A stretch of 58,998 nucleotides of DNA, the filler included. It is 7 parts of 7 records of this genome, joined end to end, with 100 filler letters (N's around TTAATTAATTAA, not from the genome) between each part and the next. Parts side by side here need not be neighbours in the genome. Positions count along the whole stretch, not along the records: positions 5,998 to 14,726 come from SRR31147125_35745; positions 14,827 to 27,019 come from SRR31147125_35750; 5 more parts are not named here. The stretch is one strand, 5' to 3'. Shown in pieces: positions 9,720-20,900 of the stretch. A program made the position numbers and the translations under genes. Every line of letters starts with the position of its first letter. Position 1 is the first letter of the stretch. The notes under the pieces are model-generated. The model was given only the letters and a program-made list of their open reading frames with translations. It was not told where the DNA came from and did no database searches.

Positions 9720-11207
9720 ATGCTTTATCACAGCACACGTAATAAATCGGCCGCCATCCCGGCGGCTGGGGCCATCGCGACGGGCTTATCAACGGACGGC
9801 GGTTTGTTTGTGCCGGCCTCGCTGCCGGAGCTTACATCGGACGACATTTCGCGTCTGGCCAATCTGTCTTATATCGAACGGGCTGTTGCGGTCATGAAGC
9901 TCTTTTTAGAGGACTTCACAACGCAGGAGCTTGAATCTTTTACGTCGGCGGCATACGGGCCAAAGGCGTTTGACCATGCGGACGTCGCCCCGGTCAGGAC
10001 CTTCGACGGCCAAACGTCTTTTCTCGAGCTGTGGCATGGACCGACCTGCGCATTTAAGGACATGGCGCTGCAGATGCTGCCGCACCTGCTGTCAGCATCG
10101 CTCGACAAGACGGCCGAGGAAAAAGACGTATGCATTCTCGTTGCGACATCGGGCGATACGGGCAAGGCGGCTCTAGACGGCTTTAAAGACGTGCCGCGTA
10201 CAAAAATTATGGTGTTTTATCCGGAGGACGGGGTCTCCGATATCCAGAAGCTGCAGATGACGACGCAGGAAGGATTAAACGTCGGCGTCTCCGCCGTAAA
10301 CGGCAACTTTGACGATGCGCAGGCTGGCGTCAAGGCTATTTTCTCCGATGAGGCCATACGGGAAAAGCTGGCTCAAAACGGTTATTTTCTGTCCTCGGCA
10401 AACTCCATCAACTGGGGGCGTCTCCTGCCGCAGGTTGTTTACTACATCTCGGCGTACTGTGACCTTGTTAAAAAGGATGCTGTTAAAAACGGCGAAAGCG
10501 TCAATTTCTGTGTACCGACCGGGAACTTCGGCAATATACTCGCTGGTTATTACGCTAAAAAAATGGGCGTGCCGATTCATAAGCTCATCTGCGCGTCCAA
10601 TTGCAACGACGTGCTCACAGAATTTATTGAAACGGGCGTTTATAATAAAAACCGGGCGTTTATGACGACCATTTCCCCGTCAATGGATATACTGGTTTCG
10701 AGCAATCTTGAACGGTTGCTGTTCGATTTGTCCGGCGAGGATGATGCGCTTGTGTCGTCCTACATGAAAGCATTGTCGGAAAAGGGCGTTTATACCGTCG
10801 CTCCGGCTATTAAAAACGCCGTCACACGTGATTTTGGGGCAGGCTGGAGCTCTGACGATGAGACAAAAAAGACGATTCGCGCGGTATTTGAGGAAAAGGG
10901 CTATCTGATTGACACCCACACAGCCGTGGCCTACAGCGTCCTCCAGAAATACCGGGAGAAAAGCAAAGACGACACCTATACAGTCGTAGTGTCAACGGCG
11001 AGCCCGTTTAAATTCTGCGACAGTGTGCTGGACGCGCTCGGAGACGGCACGTCGGCAAGCGGCCTGGATCTCGTTGACAGGCTGGAGGCAGCCTCCGGCG
11101 TTACAGCACCGGCGCCCCTGAAATCGCTGAGAGGCAAGCCGGTGCGGTTTGAAGCGTGTGTGGAACGTACGGGTATGGCCGTAGCCGTCGAAGCATTCCT
11201 GACCTAA
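9720..11207 (+). CDS. thrC: Threonine synthase
   Basis: YHSTR, LELWHGPTCAFKD, VATSGDTG, SANSINWGR, VPTGNFGN. Confidence 0.95.
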   Translation: MLYHSTRNKSAAIPAAGAIATGLSTDGGLFVPASLPELTSDDISRLANLSYIERAVAVMKLFLEDFTTQELESFTSAAYGPKAFDHADVAPVRTFDGQTSFLELWHGPTCAFKDMALQMLPHLLSASLDKTAEEKDVCILVATSGDTGKAALDGFKDVPRTKIMVFYPEDGVSDIQKLQMTTQEGLNVGVSAVNGNFDDAQAGVKAIFSDEAIREKLAQNGYFLSSANSINWGRLLPQVVYYISAYCDLVKKDAVKNGESVNFCVPTGNFGNILAGYYAKKMGVPIHKLICASNCNDVLTEFIETGVYNKNRAFMTTISPSMDILVSSNLERLLFDLSGEDDALVSSYMKALSEKGVYTVAPAIKNAVTRDFGAGWSSDDETKKTIRAVFEEKGYLIDTHTAVAYSVLQKYREKSKDDTYTVVVSTASPFKFCDSVLDALGDGTSASGLDLVDRLEAASGVTAPAPLKSLRGKPVRFEACVERTGMAVAVEAFLT

Positions 11208-11281
11208 ACGCAAAAATATGTAAACCGGGGGTGGACGAAGCGCCATCCCCGATTGTATAAAATTACCGCCGCAGCGCTGCC

Positions 11282-11461
11282 TTATCGGTCGGCGGGACGC
11301 GGCGAGAACGTGCCGCAGAACGTCTCCGCTTTTTTGATAGCGCTGGGTGATTCAACCGCAATGTTTTGGGCCATGCATCTGTTGTCATGCCCGTGGTATT
11401 TGCAGTGAGCGGCATCGCAGGAAACGCCGTACAGCGTATCGCCTGTCTTCATATCAGCCAT
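11282..11461 (-). CDS. Small Cys-rich DUF1540-like protein (59 aa, absent from the ORF track)
   Basis: MADMKTGDTLYGVSCDAAHCKYHGHDNRCMAQNIAV...ETFCGTF; AAGGAG RBS; C-x4-C...C-x-A...T-x-C-x-TF pattern. Confidence 0.75.
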   Translation of the reverse strand: MADMKTGDTLYGVSCDAAHCKYHGHDNRCMAQNIAVESPSAIKKAETFCGTFSPRPADR

Positions 11462-11615
11462 ATGATCTCTCTCCTTGTTTTTTATTGCAAGTGGCGCGGT
11501 TAGTATCTGCTGTGTGACAGTGGTTTATAACGGGCATGACCTTTCAAGATCAGGGATTATTTTAAATTTATTGTAATAAGAATGGAATAGTTTATCGATA
11601 AAGGAATTGTGAACA

Positions 11616-12305
11616 ATGTCTCTTTACGCAATCGGCGATCTTCACCTTTCGCTGGGTACCGACAAACCAATGGATGTTTTCGGCGGCGGATGGGACAATT
11701 ATGTCGAAAAGCTTTCCGAAGGCTTCAAGGTTCTCACCGACGCCGACACGTGCGTTTTATGCGGCGACGTATCCTGGGGCATGTCTCTGGAGGAAAGTCT
11801 GCCGGATTTTAAATTTATTGATGCGCTGCCGGGCCGGAAAATCATCCTGAAGGGCAATCACGATTACTGGTGGACGACCGCGACCAAAATTAGAAAATTT
11901 TTTGATGCACAGGTGATTGAAAGTATCGATATTCTGTTTAACAATAGTATTATGGTGGACGAAACGGCCGTATGCGGAACGCGCGGATGGTTTTTTGAGG
12001 AAAAGACCGGGTCGGAGCATGATAAAAAGATCATGTCCAGAGAAATACTAAGGCTGGAGGCGTCTTTAAAATCATCGGCCGACGCGTCGGAAAAAATTTG
12101 TTTTTTTCACTATCCGCCCATTTTCAAGGAATATTACAGCGGCGGAATTATCGATATGATGAAAGCGTACGGCGTTAAAAGCTGTTGGTACGGCCATATT
12201 CATGGGCAAGGACACCGATGGGCCGCAACGGGCGAACGCGGCGGGATTGACTATCATATGGTCTCGGCTGACTTCGTTGGGTTTAAGCCCGTAAAAGTTC
12301 GGTGA
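11616..12305 (+). CDS. Calcineurin-like metallophosphoesterase
   Basis: GDLH, GDVSW, GNHD, FHYPP, YGHIH. Confidence 0.88.
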   Translation: MSLYAIGDLHLSLGTDKPMDVFGGGWDNYVEKLSEGFKVLTDADTCVLCGDVSWGMSLEESLPDFKFIDALPGRKIILKGNHDYWWTTATKIRKFFDAQVIESIDILFNNSIMVDETAVCGTRGWFFEEKTGSEHDKKIMSREILRLEASLKSSADASEKICFFHYPPIFKEYYSGGIIDMMKAYGVKSCWYGHIHGQGHRWAATGERGGIDYHMVSADFVGFKPVKVR

Positions 12306-12311
12306 AAATGA

Positions 12312-12340
12312 TTGCAAACGCAAAATGTATCTGATACAAT
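12312..12340 (+). promoter_or_regulatory. Putative sigma-A promoter of tig
   Basis: TTGCAA, 17 bp, TACAAT with extended TG. Confidence 0.5.
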
Positions 12341-12402
12341 TACAAAAGTATGCCTACATTTGGTCCGAATTTGGCTGCTTTTTAATTTAGGAGGAAAGTA
12401 AT

Positions 12403-13950
12403 TTGAACGTAACGAGCTGCGAAAAAAAGGAAAACATAAAAGCTGAGCTGACGGTCGTCGTGACACCGGAGGAATTTGATAAGGCGCTGGAAGAATCTTA
12501 TAAAAAGAACAGGGCAAGTATATCAGTCCCAGGTTTCAGGAAGGGTAAGGCTCCGCGCAAGCTCATTGAAAATATGTACGGCGCTAACGTTTTTTATGAC
12601 GATGCGCTGGATATGATACTGCCGACTCTCTGCAGCCACGGTGTTTCGGAATCGGACCTGCGCGTTGTTGGTTATCCGCAGATTCTTGATATCGATTTTG
12701 GCGAGGACAAGTCTGTCACCGTCAAATACTCTGTTGAGCTGTATCCTGAGGTAACGGTGGGCGAATATAAGGGCATTAAAGCTGAAAAGCCGGAAGCTGT
12801 CATTGAAGAATCAGCTGTCGACAGCGAGCTCGCGTCGGTCCAGCTGAGAAATGCACGTATCCAGACAGCAGAGCGCCCGGCTATTAACGGCGACACCGTC
12901 ACGATCGACTTTGAGGGCTTTATTGACGGCGTGGCTTTTGAGGGCGGCAAGGGTGAGAATTACGAGCTAGAGCTCGGCTCCAACACATTTATCCCCGGCT
13001 TTGAGGAAAAGCTAAACGGTATGCAGACGGGTGAAGAGCGCGATTTGGACCTCGTCTTCCCGGACGAATATAAAGAAGACCTCGCAGGCAAGCCCGTCGT
13101 CTTTAAGGTCAAGCTTAAAGAGGTTAAGGAAAAGATCCTGCCCGAGCTCGATGACGAATTCGCCAAGGACGTATCCGAATACGATACGCTCGAAGAATAT
13201 AAAAACAGCATTCGCGAGAATCTGAAAACAGCTAAGGAAGCCGAAGCGCAGAAGGCTTTTGAGGATGCCGTTTTAACAGCGTTGTCCGACACGGTCGAAA
13301 ACGAGGTGCCGGAAGCGATGATCACCGATTTCCTTGATAACCAGGTTCAGAGCATGCGCCAGCAGCTGATGAGCTACGGGATGCAATTAGAGCAGTATAT
13401 GAATATGATGGGTACGAACGAGGAAGGCTTCCGGCAGAGCATGCGTCCGAACGCGCTGCGCCAGGTCAAGACCACGCTGGCACTGGAGAAGATTGCCGAG
13501 CTTGAAAAGCTTGAGCCCTCTGATGAAGAGGTTGAAAAGCAATACACCGACATGGCCGAGCAATACCAAGTGGAGCTTGAGCGTGTGAAGCAGTCCGTTC
13601 CGAAGGATACGGTGGTGCGTGATCTGGGCATCCAGGCTGCGTCCAAGCTCGTGATTGAAAACGCCGTGGCCGAAGCGCCTAAGAAGGAAGAGGCTGAGGA
13701 GCCGGAGAAGAAGGAAGCAGCTAAAGCCAAGACTGCTAAGAAATCCAAGACGGACGAAGCCGAAGCCGACGGCGAGCAAACGGAAGCCAAGGCTGAAAAA
13801 AAGCCGGCGGCTAAGAAAACAACGGCTAAAAAGGCCGCCGCCGGCGATGAAGAGAAACCGGCTGCAAAAAAAGCGCCCGCCAAAAAGCCGGCTGCTAAAA
13901 AACCGGCTGCAAAAAAGGCAGACGGAGACGATGCTGGCAATAATGAATAA
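12403..13950 (+). CDS. tig: Trigger factor with Lys/Ala-rich C-terminal extension
   Basis: PGFRKGKAP ribosome-binding motif, FKBP domain (IDFEG, FIPGFEE); followed by clpP-clpX. Confidence 0.95.
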   Translation: MNVTSCEKKENIKAELTVVVTPEEFDKALEESYKKNRASISVPGFRKGKAPRKLIENMYGANVFYDDALDMILPTLCSHGVSESDLRVVGYPQILDIDFGEDKSVTVKYSVELYPEVTVGEYKGIKAEKPEAVIEESAVDSELASVQLRNARIQTAERPAINGDTVTIDFEGFIDGVAFEGGKGENYELELGSNTFIPGFEEKLNGMQTGEERDLDLVFPDEYKEDLAGKPVVFKVKLKEVKEKILPELDDEFAKDVSEYDTLEEYKNSIRENLKTAKEAEAQKAFEDAVLTALSDTVENEVPEAMITDFLDNQVQSMRQQLMSYGMQLEQYMNMMGTNEEGFRQSMRPNALRQVKTTLALEKIAELEKLEPSDEEVEKQYTDMAEQYQVELERVKQSVPKDTVVRDLGIQAASKLVIENAVAEAPKKEEAEEPEKKEAAKAKTAKKSKTDEAEADGEQTEAKAEKKPAAKKTTAKKAAAGDEEKPAAKKAPAKKPAAKKPAAKKADGDDAGNNE

Positions 13951-13994
13951 AATGTAAAATATTGAATACACCCCCATATTATTGGGTAATATCA

Positions 13995-14023
13995 TTGACA
14001 TACTTTCGAGATGTTGTTATCTT
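13995..14023 (+). promoter_or_regulatory. Putative sigma-A promoter of clpP
   Basis: TTGACA, 17 bp, TATCTT with extended TG. Confidence 0.55.
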
Positions 14024-14095
14024 ACCAATATAACAATAAAAATGTAGGCATTGATTATAGATTATGTCTGCACAATACAAAAGGAGTTGAACATT

Positions 14096-14677
14096 ATGAG
14101 TCTCGTGCCATATGTTGTAGAACAGACATCTCGCGGTGAACGCTCATACGATATATTTTCACGGCTTTTAAACGACCGGATCGTCTTTTTAGGCGAAGAG
14201 GTCAACGACACAACGGCCAGTCTCGTTGTGGCGCAGCTTTTATATCTGGAGGCACAGGATCCAGACAAGGATATTCAGTTTTATATCAACAGCCCCGGCG
14301 GCTCGGTGACATCAGGACTGGCTATTTATGATACAATGCAGTATATAAAGGCCGACGTGTCGACCATCTGTATCGGCTTGGCTGCCAGTATGGGCGCTTT
14401 CCTGCTTTCAGCGGGCGCCAAGGGCAAGCGGATCGCGCTGCCCAATTCAGAAATTATGATTCATCAGCCCTCCGGCGGCTTCCGCGGCCAGGCAACCGAC
14501 ATCCAGATTCATGCGGAGAACATTCTTCGCACGAAGGAGCGGTTAAATAAAATTCTCTCTGAGAATACCGGCAAGCCCATGGATGCGATCCGCGACGCTA
14601 CGGAGCGCGACACCTTCATGACGGCCGAAGAGGCAAAGGAATTCGGGCTGATAGACAGCGTTATTATCAAGCGTTAG
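14096..14677 (+). CDS. clpP: ATP-dependent Clp protease proteolytic subunit
   Basis: DIFSRLL, YINSPGG, AASMG, MIHQP. Confidence 0.97.
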   Translation: MSLVPYVVEQTSRGERSYDIFSRLLNDRIVFLGEEVNDTTASLVVAQLLYLEAQDPDKDIQFYINSPGGSVTSGLAIYDTMQYIKADVSTICIGLAASMGAFLLSAGAKGKRIALPNSEIMIHQPSGGFRGQATDIQIHAENILRTKERLNKILSENTGKPMDAIRDATERDTFMTAEEAKEFGLIDSVIIKR

Positions 14678-14687
14678 GAGATTTTTA

Positions 14688-14726
14688 ATGGCCAAATATG
14701 ACGATAACAAGATCGTACGCTGCAGT
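14688..14726 (+). CDS. clpX: ClpX, 5' fragment
   Basis: AGGAG RBS; MAKYDDNKIVRCS entering the C4 zinc finger; tig-clpP-clpX synteny. Confidence 0.7.
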
Positions 14727-14826
14727 NNNNNNNNNNNNNNNNNNNNNNNNNNNNNNNNNNNNNNNNNNNNTTAATTAATTAANNNNNNNNNNNNNNNNNN
14801 NNNNNNNNNNNNNNNNNNNNNNNNNN
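14727..14826. other. Artificial contig linker
   Basis: N-run, TTAATTAATTAA, N-run. Confidence 0.98.
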
Positions 14827-14983
14827 GGCAAGTTATTAAAAACCGATTCCTTAAGGATAAGGGCAGAATCTTTGAAAGAGTATCTATCCCATACCGACAA
14901 AATGACCTTCGAACATCAGGATTGCTTCTGTGAGTGTGTGCTGCAATACGCCAATCGATGATTGGAAACATTCCCGGTGTCAT

Positions 14984-17900
14984 CTATCGATGCCGGGTGC
15001 TTAAAGATGTTGGATTTGTGGTGGATTTCATGAGTGACGCCATCGAAGCGCTGAGGCGAAATAGTGCATCCTCCCTTTTGCAATGTGCCAGTAGCGCCTT
15101 GAAACAGTGATGTCTCTCCAACATGGTTTCATTATTAGGAATGGCTGAGAAAAAAGCCCGACTGCCGATAACAATTAACTTTTTCTTTGCCCGGGTCATT
15201 GCCACATTCAATCGGTTCGGACTATTCAGAAACTCACTCTGGATATGGTCCGGATCCGATGAAGTCAATCCAAACAAAATGACATCCCGTTCCCCACCCT
15301 GCATCCGCTCCACCGTATCAACCACCGGTAGATCCATCATCTCCATGTTCTCTTTTTTTCTGACCATTGGACCATCAACGCCGCCAACCGTTTCGTGATG
15401 GCATTATTCTGGGTTCTATGAGGGGAGATCAACGCAATCCGATCCGTAGAGACCTGATGATGTCCCATCAACTCGCAGGCAATTCCCGCCATCAGCGCCG
15501 CTTCCGCATCTGAGTGTTGGGCGCAGCATTCATGATCGGAAAGAATCAATATCACCGGTTTTGAAGGATCGAGAAGTGCGCTGTAACTGTGTGCCGGGCT
15601 CTCCGTTTCGATGGTCAGACGAGCATCGGCAATGGTGGGTGCCGGATGGAGCAGACCGTGATACCACATCCGGCTGGGAAACATACAAATTTCCCGGTTC
15701 ATTCGATAGGTGGTGTCCAGTGTCATCTGCCGGTTCCCAGGGGACTGTTCCATCAGAGTGGCCAGGATCGATTGATCCAGTGCGTCATGGCTCCCCCGGA
15801 CAATGGGCGGAAGCTGATGTACGTCGCCTAGAAACAGAAAATTGCCTTTCCCGTATATCAAAGTCAACAGCGCATGAGGGATAAGTATCTGGGACGCCTC
15901 ATCAAAGATCACCCAATCCAGCGCAGCAGGAAACTCACCGTTTTTACTGTTGAACATATTGTAAAATCCGAATCCCGTGGCTCCGATGATGCTCCAGGTG
16001 TGGGCCATCACCTCGTCTGAATCATCCGTATGGATGACATGAATGATGTGATCCTCTTCTTCGGCGCCGGATCTGGGCGCATGAGATTCGCGGGAAGAGA
16101 CGCGGTGATGGTCAGTGCCTTTTTGGGATCCGTCACTTTTTCCCCATTTGATGCAGGGGGCGGGAAATCGCTTTCCTGCCAAATTTGAAAAACGATGGGG
16201 AAGCTGTTGATTGATGAGATTGACCACTTTGTTCAGCACATTGTCAATGGCCTGATGGGTCAGGGCGGAGATGCCGATCCTCAAAGGTATTCCCCGTTCA
16301 AATGCGTGCATCACAAGGGCAATTAATATCCACCCCAACAGGTGGGTTTTACCGGTACCGGGCGGTCCCTGGATCATGGAAATAGGATGCTGAAACGGCA
16401 GCTTCAGAGCGGCTTCCTGGGCAGGGTTCAGCCCCGGATCGGCACGTTGGAGCCATTTCCTGATCCGGCTTTCCGATTCCCGATCCTGAAACGTCGGCGA
16501 AGCCGGATTCCCGGACAGCAGCTGATGCACCGGATGAAATAGCGACTCGGAGAAAAGATGCTCAGACACATGGGTCAGCTTTGCTTCGGTGAAATCCTCG
16601 GCATCTTCTTCCAACGAGTAGAAGAGCGCTTCATCGGGTTGGAGTCGGCCCGATCGGGAGATGAGAGTCAATGTCCCCTTCTCCATCTCATATTCCCCAA
16701 TGATGACCGATGCACCGCTTTGAATGTCACCCATACTCATATCCATACCTCGGGCATGGGGCACCAGCTTGAGAAAATCTCCCTTTCTGAATTTGGCCGG
16801 CAGTGTCTCATTCGTGGTGACGAAAATATATAGAAGGCGTCCCTGATCATCCATCCGAGTATTTTGGAACTGTAAATACCCCAAAGATCGAAATCGTTCC
16901 ATTCGCTCATGCAGCGGGCGTTCCTGTAGATCCAGGATATCTTCTTCCTGAAGGCGCCGCTCTTCCCGGATGAATTGTGTAAACGACGTATCGACTGGCG
17001 ATGGAGAGCATTCAGATTTCGATGCGCTTTTTTCCGGCCACTCTTTGATCCACTTACTTTCAAGAAGCGGATGGATCGTCTGAAACAGGGCTGCCATGGT
17101 GTTCAGGACGGTTTGCAAGTGGTGGATGTGATCCTCTGCCGTTGCGTCTTCCTCTTCAGGATGTTCCTGTCCCGTGTCACAAGAGGCATCATCAATGGGC
17201 TTGCGGCCACGGCAAAGGCCTTCGTCATGGAGCAGACTCTCCGGAGGATTGAGGCCGGGGTTACATCCGAAAAGATGAGCCAAAGAAAACAGACTGGGAA
17301 TACCGGGCAGGGGCATGTAGAAATGGGCCATGCAGATCCGGGAAAGATCGCTCCAAACTGAAGGCTGGGTTTGCCGTAAAAAAGGGATATCCGACTCATT
17401 TCCCCACTCCGATTCCCATTCCAGAATGTCCCGCCGCGTCCCGGCACCACAATGAAACAAATGGGGGCCTTTTCCCCGGTCAATTGTTCCGGACCAAATT
17501 TCGGTGATCTCTTTTGAGAATTGATCCCATATCCGGCGTTGCTCGATTCGAATCTGAATCGCGTTTCCATCGTCTTTTCCATTGGTGCGGATGTCATTGA
17601 TGATTCTGTTTGTTTCCGAATCCATGCTGTTCACGACTTCTGTTCGAGTCGCCAACACATTGAGTTGATCATCCATGACAAGCCAGCCGACGGCTTTAGG
17701 GTGTTTTGATAACGGATCCCGAATGAGATGGATAAAAACGGCAGTGGAAATGTTGGCCGGGAAAAGCCGGGTTCTTTTTTTATGAAGAAAGATTCGGTTG
17801 CTGTTAAATGCGTTGCAGAATCCCCAAAGGCGCTCTCTTTCCTGAGAAGATAGAGCCTGGATCAGGTTTCGATGATTTTGATTTTGGGGATCGGGGAATT

Positions 17901-20900
17901 CACTGTGGGTATCGAGCAGATGGTATTGTTGCTGCTGCAGTTGTTGCTGTCGTGGTGGAGATGGCGTCGTTTCTGTTGCAGCAGGTCCTGCTGTTACTGG
18001 TGGTTGGTGGTTGGAATCGTTGTCGTACGGCGTTTTGTGGAATTCGTTTAAGGGGCCGTGGAGTGCTTCAATCATTGAAAATCCGTTTCTCCTTAACCTC
18101 ATGAGCATACCGGGTGTCAGACCTGGTAGAAATTGGATATCCTCATATTGAAGTGCGTCGGAATAGCATGGGGCAAACCAATCACATGTGGTGCACCGGC
18201 GTTGAATTCTGTGATCTGCTGCACAAGGAGAGTGGTTCAGGATCGTTTTCACTGTATCGATCAAAACGGGAAATGTTGCCGTAAAAGGCGTCAGGTCAAA
18301 TGCATGGTTGGTGTAGATGGACTCCCAGGCTCTGGTCGCGGCACTGCTCTCGGAGGATGAGCCGTTTTGATTTGATCTGCTGATTTCAGCCCCTTCAGTC
18401 ACTTTGTTGGAACCATTGGGCTCATTCCCGTTGTCCGGGGAAGCCAATAATCGAGGACGGGTAATGAGAAAGCCGTTGGATGAGACGTTGGCCTCGATAC
18501 CATGCGTGTCGATGATACTTTGCAAAAGCAGCGCATAGAATGCCACCTGCCATTTCTGATGATACTTTGGTGCCCGACTGCTTTTGATATCCCCCACCTC
18601 AAGCGTGACACGATGGTGATCATTCCCCTTTTTTTCATCCTCTGCCGTATAGACGACAATGAGATCTGGTACTCCAATGGTGTTGATATTTCCGTCAGAC
18701 AGACAGTCATGACACATACCGTCAGGGAGATGGTTAAGCCGGATGAGTGGTTGAGTGAGAAGTACGGGGGACGGTGCGGTTGTGTTCGATAACTGCCTGG
18801 TCAATGCAGTTATCGTTTTTAAGAACGCTTCAAACCGTTCTGCCGCCGAACTGTCCACAGGCATTGAAATGATTTGATTTCCCTTTTCTTTCAGTGCGGC
18901 CAACACCTGTGCTTCGTGAAGAATCCCCCCTTGCATGGCTGCTTTTTTATGAGCGAGTCCAGTTGGCATTATCGGGTTCTCCGGGGCCTCTTTTCGCAGA
19001 TATTTAAAGCAGAATCGTCTGTTGCATTGGCCATAGAGAATATAGTCACTGACCATGGTGGCTGTCAGCGTTCCGGACGGATTGAGTTCAAGGCAGGTTT
19101 GTGAAGGTGTTTTGGGTGATTTTGATCCCTCCGAAAGCTCCGGTTCGGGTGCCGATGACGATGATGAATACAAAGATGAGTGGGGCAATGACGAAGTCGG
19201 ATGGGAGAGATCATTCTTTTTCGATGTTGGGAAAAGGAAGCGCCATTTATTCTTTTCTTCTTCCAACAGAGATTTCGGGGGAACAAGGGGTAATTCTTGA
19301 GTTGATCCATCATTCCATTTATGTCCATCGTCCACATTTCTGGGGTCATCCAGTTGAGTGATGGGATGACTGAATGGTAAAGAACGAATAGAAGCTGGAG
19401 GCAAAGAAGAAGATGATGATGAAGAAGATGATGATGATGAAGAAGATGAAGAAGAAGATGATGATGATGATGAGAATGACAAGTATCGGGATTGTCGATT
19501 GTCGAGAATGGGTGGATCGGGAAGATGCGTATGGGGTTCGACCATCGACAGATCACCGGAAATCACCTCTGATGTATGTGTCAAATAGTGATTGAACGCA
19601 TCGATGACCCGCTGGTCGAATAGAAAGTCTGCAATCTCCATAGCCAACAGCTTGGAAGGGAGTGCCCGGCAGAAGAGGTTGAGAGGGATGAGATTTCTTA
19701 AAATGGAGAGATTGGCCGTCACCCACGTTTCAAGTCCTTCTCTGTTGTCCGGCAGATCGAGATACTCAAACCGGATGGACCGGGAGCACTCCACCCCGAC
19801 CTCATGGGAAGTGGTGAAAAGGGATTTACTGTCAATATAGTTTCGAACGCTCCACTCCAAGATCAAATTCCCGGCAGAACCGAGCCAGGTCCGGTAAAGC
19901 CGGGAGGCTTTGCGCCCGGGAACGATCTCGATGCCGTTGTCCAAGACCACTTTGCGTTCTTCCGCCTTCAGCTCATCTTCAAGAAGGCGCTTGCTTCTCG
20001 TGAAAAGAGCCGGGTGATCCACTATCTGCCGGACCTCTTCATCAATGCCTTGACCGGGTGTTTCATTTTGGCAGATGTGTCGCATCATTTGAGCCACATC
20101 ATAGGATACATGAGCCCCCATACCCAGCCAAAAGAGATCCTTGTCCGGTTGCGCAGCGGTGGGAGCAGCCGTCACCTGCTTGTGTTCGCCATGATCGATG
20201 TGCAGGATTTTCAGACGCCTGCCCACAATATGCACCCGGTCGCCCACTTCCATCTGGGTGACAATGGACTTGGGGATGTCGGCAATGGATTGAGGATCCC
20301 GGTTTTTATCTCCATGTATACGGGAAACGGGCTGCCCCTTTGAGCCGGCAGTTCTTCTCCCGGCAACCACGCGGCCCTTAGTTAGTATCAGACTATAATC
20401 CTCTTCGGATTCGGGGAAATTTCCCCATATTTTATATTCGGTCAGATGCTTTCCATATTGAAAGCCACCGGTGCAAAGGCCGCTAACCGTCGACGGTTTG
20501 AGCCATTTTCTTTTTTCAAGGGAAAGAAACAGTGCAAAAAGAGCTGAGGATGACAGATGACCGGTGGAAATGGGGCATGATGTCGATGGGTTCCCTTTGT
20601 CGGGTATTTGCGTGGGAAATAGGTCGGTGATGGCTGATAATGAGATCCGTTTTTTTTCGTAAAGACAAGAGATGATCTGCTGAGCCATGACACTGGGAAG
20701 TGTCCGGCAAGGGGGGCTTCCACCGCTCCGTTTCCACCGAGCCTGAGCAGTGACAAAAAACGCACCACCTGACGGGATGCCGCCTCTCCCCGGCAGATGC
20801 CCCAGAAATTGAGCTGCTTCTCCCTTCGATTGGCCCGGCCGACACGCTGCAGGAATGCAGAGACCGAATCGGGAGGCTCGTACAGTACCACGGCATCCAC

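Noticed and set aside
14827-14983. Possible fifth operon gene or convergent gene end at the contig edge
   Set aside because: Only about 157 bp is available; short open frames exist on both strands and none can be assigned.
18166-19030. CRISPR-Cas locus suggested by the Cas4-like domain
   Set aside because: No repeat-spacer array and no cas1/cas2 or effector genes were seen. The 25-bp repeat at 25933 has no spacer.
19065-19595. His-rich and Met/Lys-rich ORFs over the trinucleotide tract
   Set aside because: These are alternative-frame readings of the poly-Ser repeat inside the long ORF.
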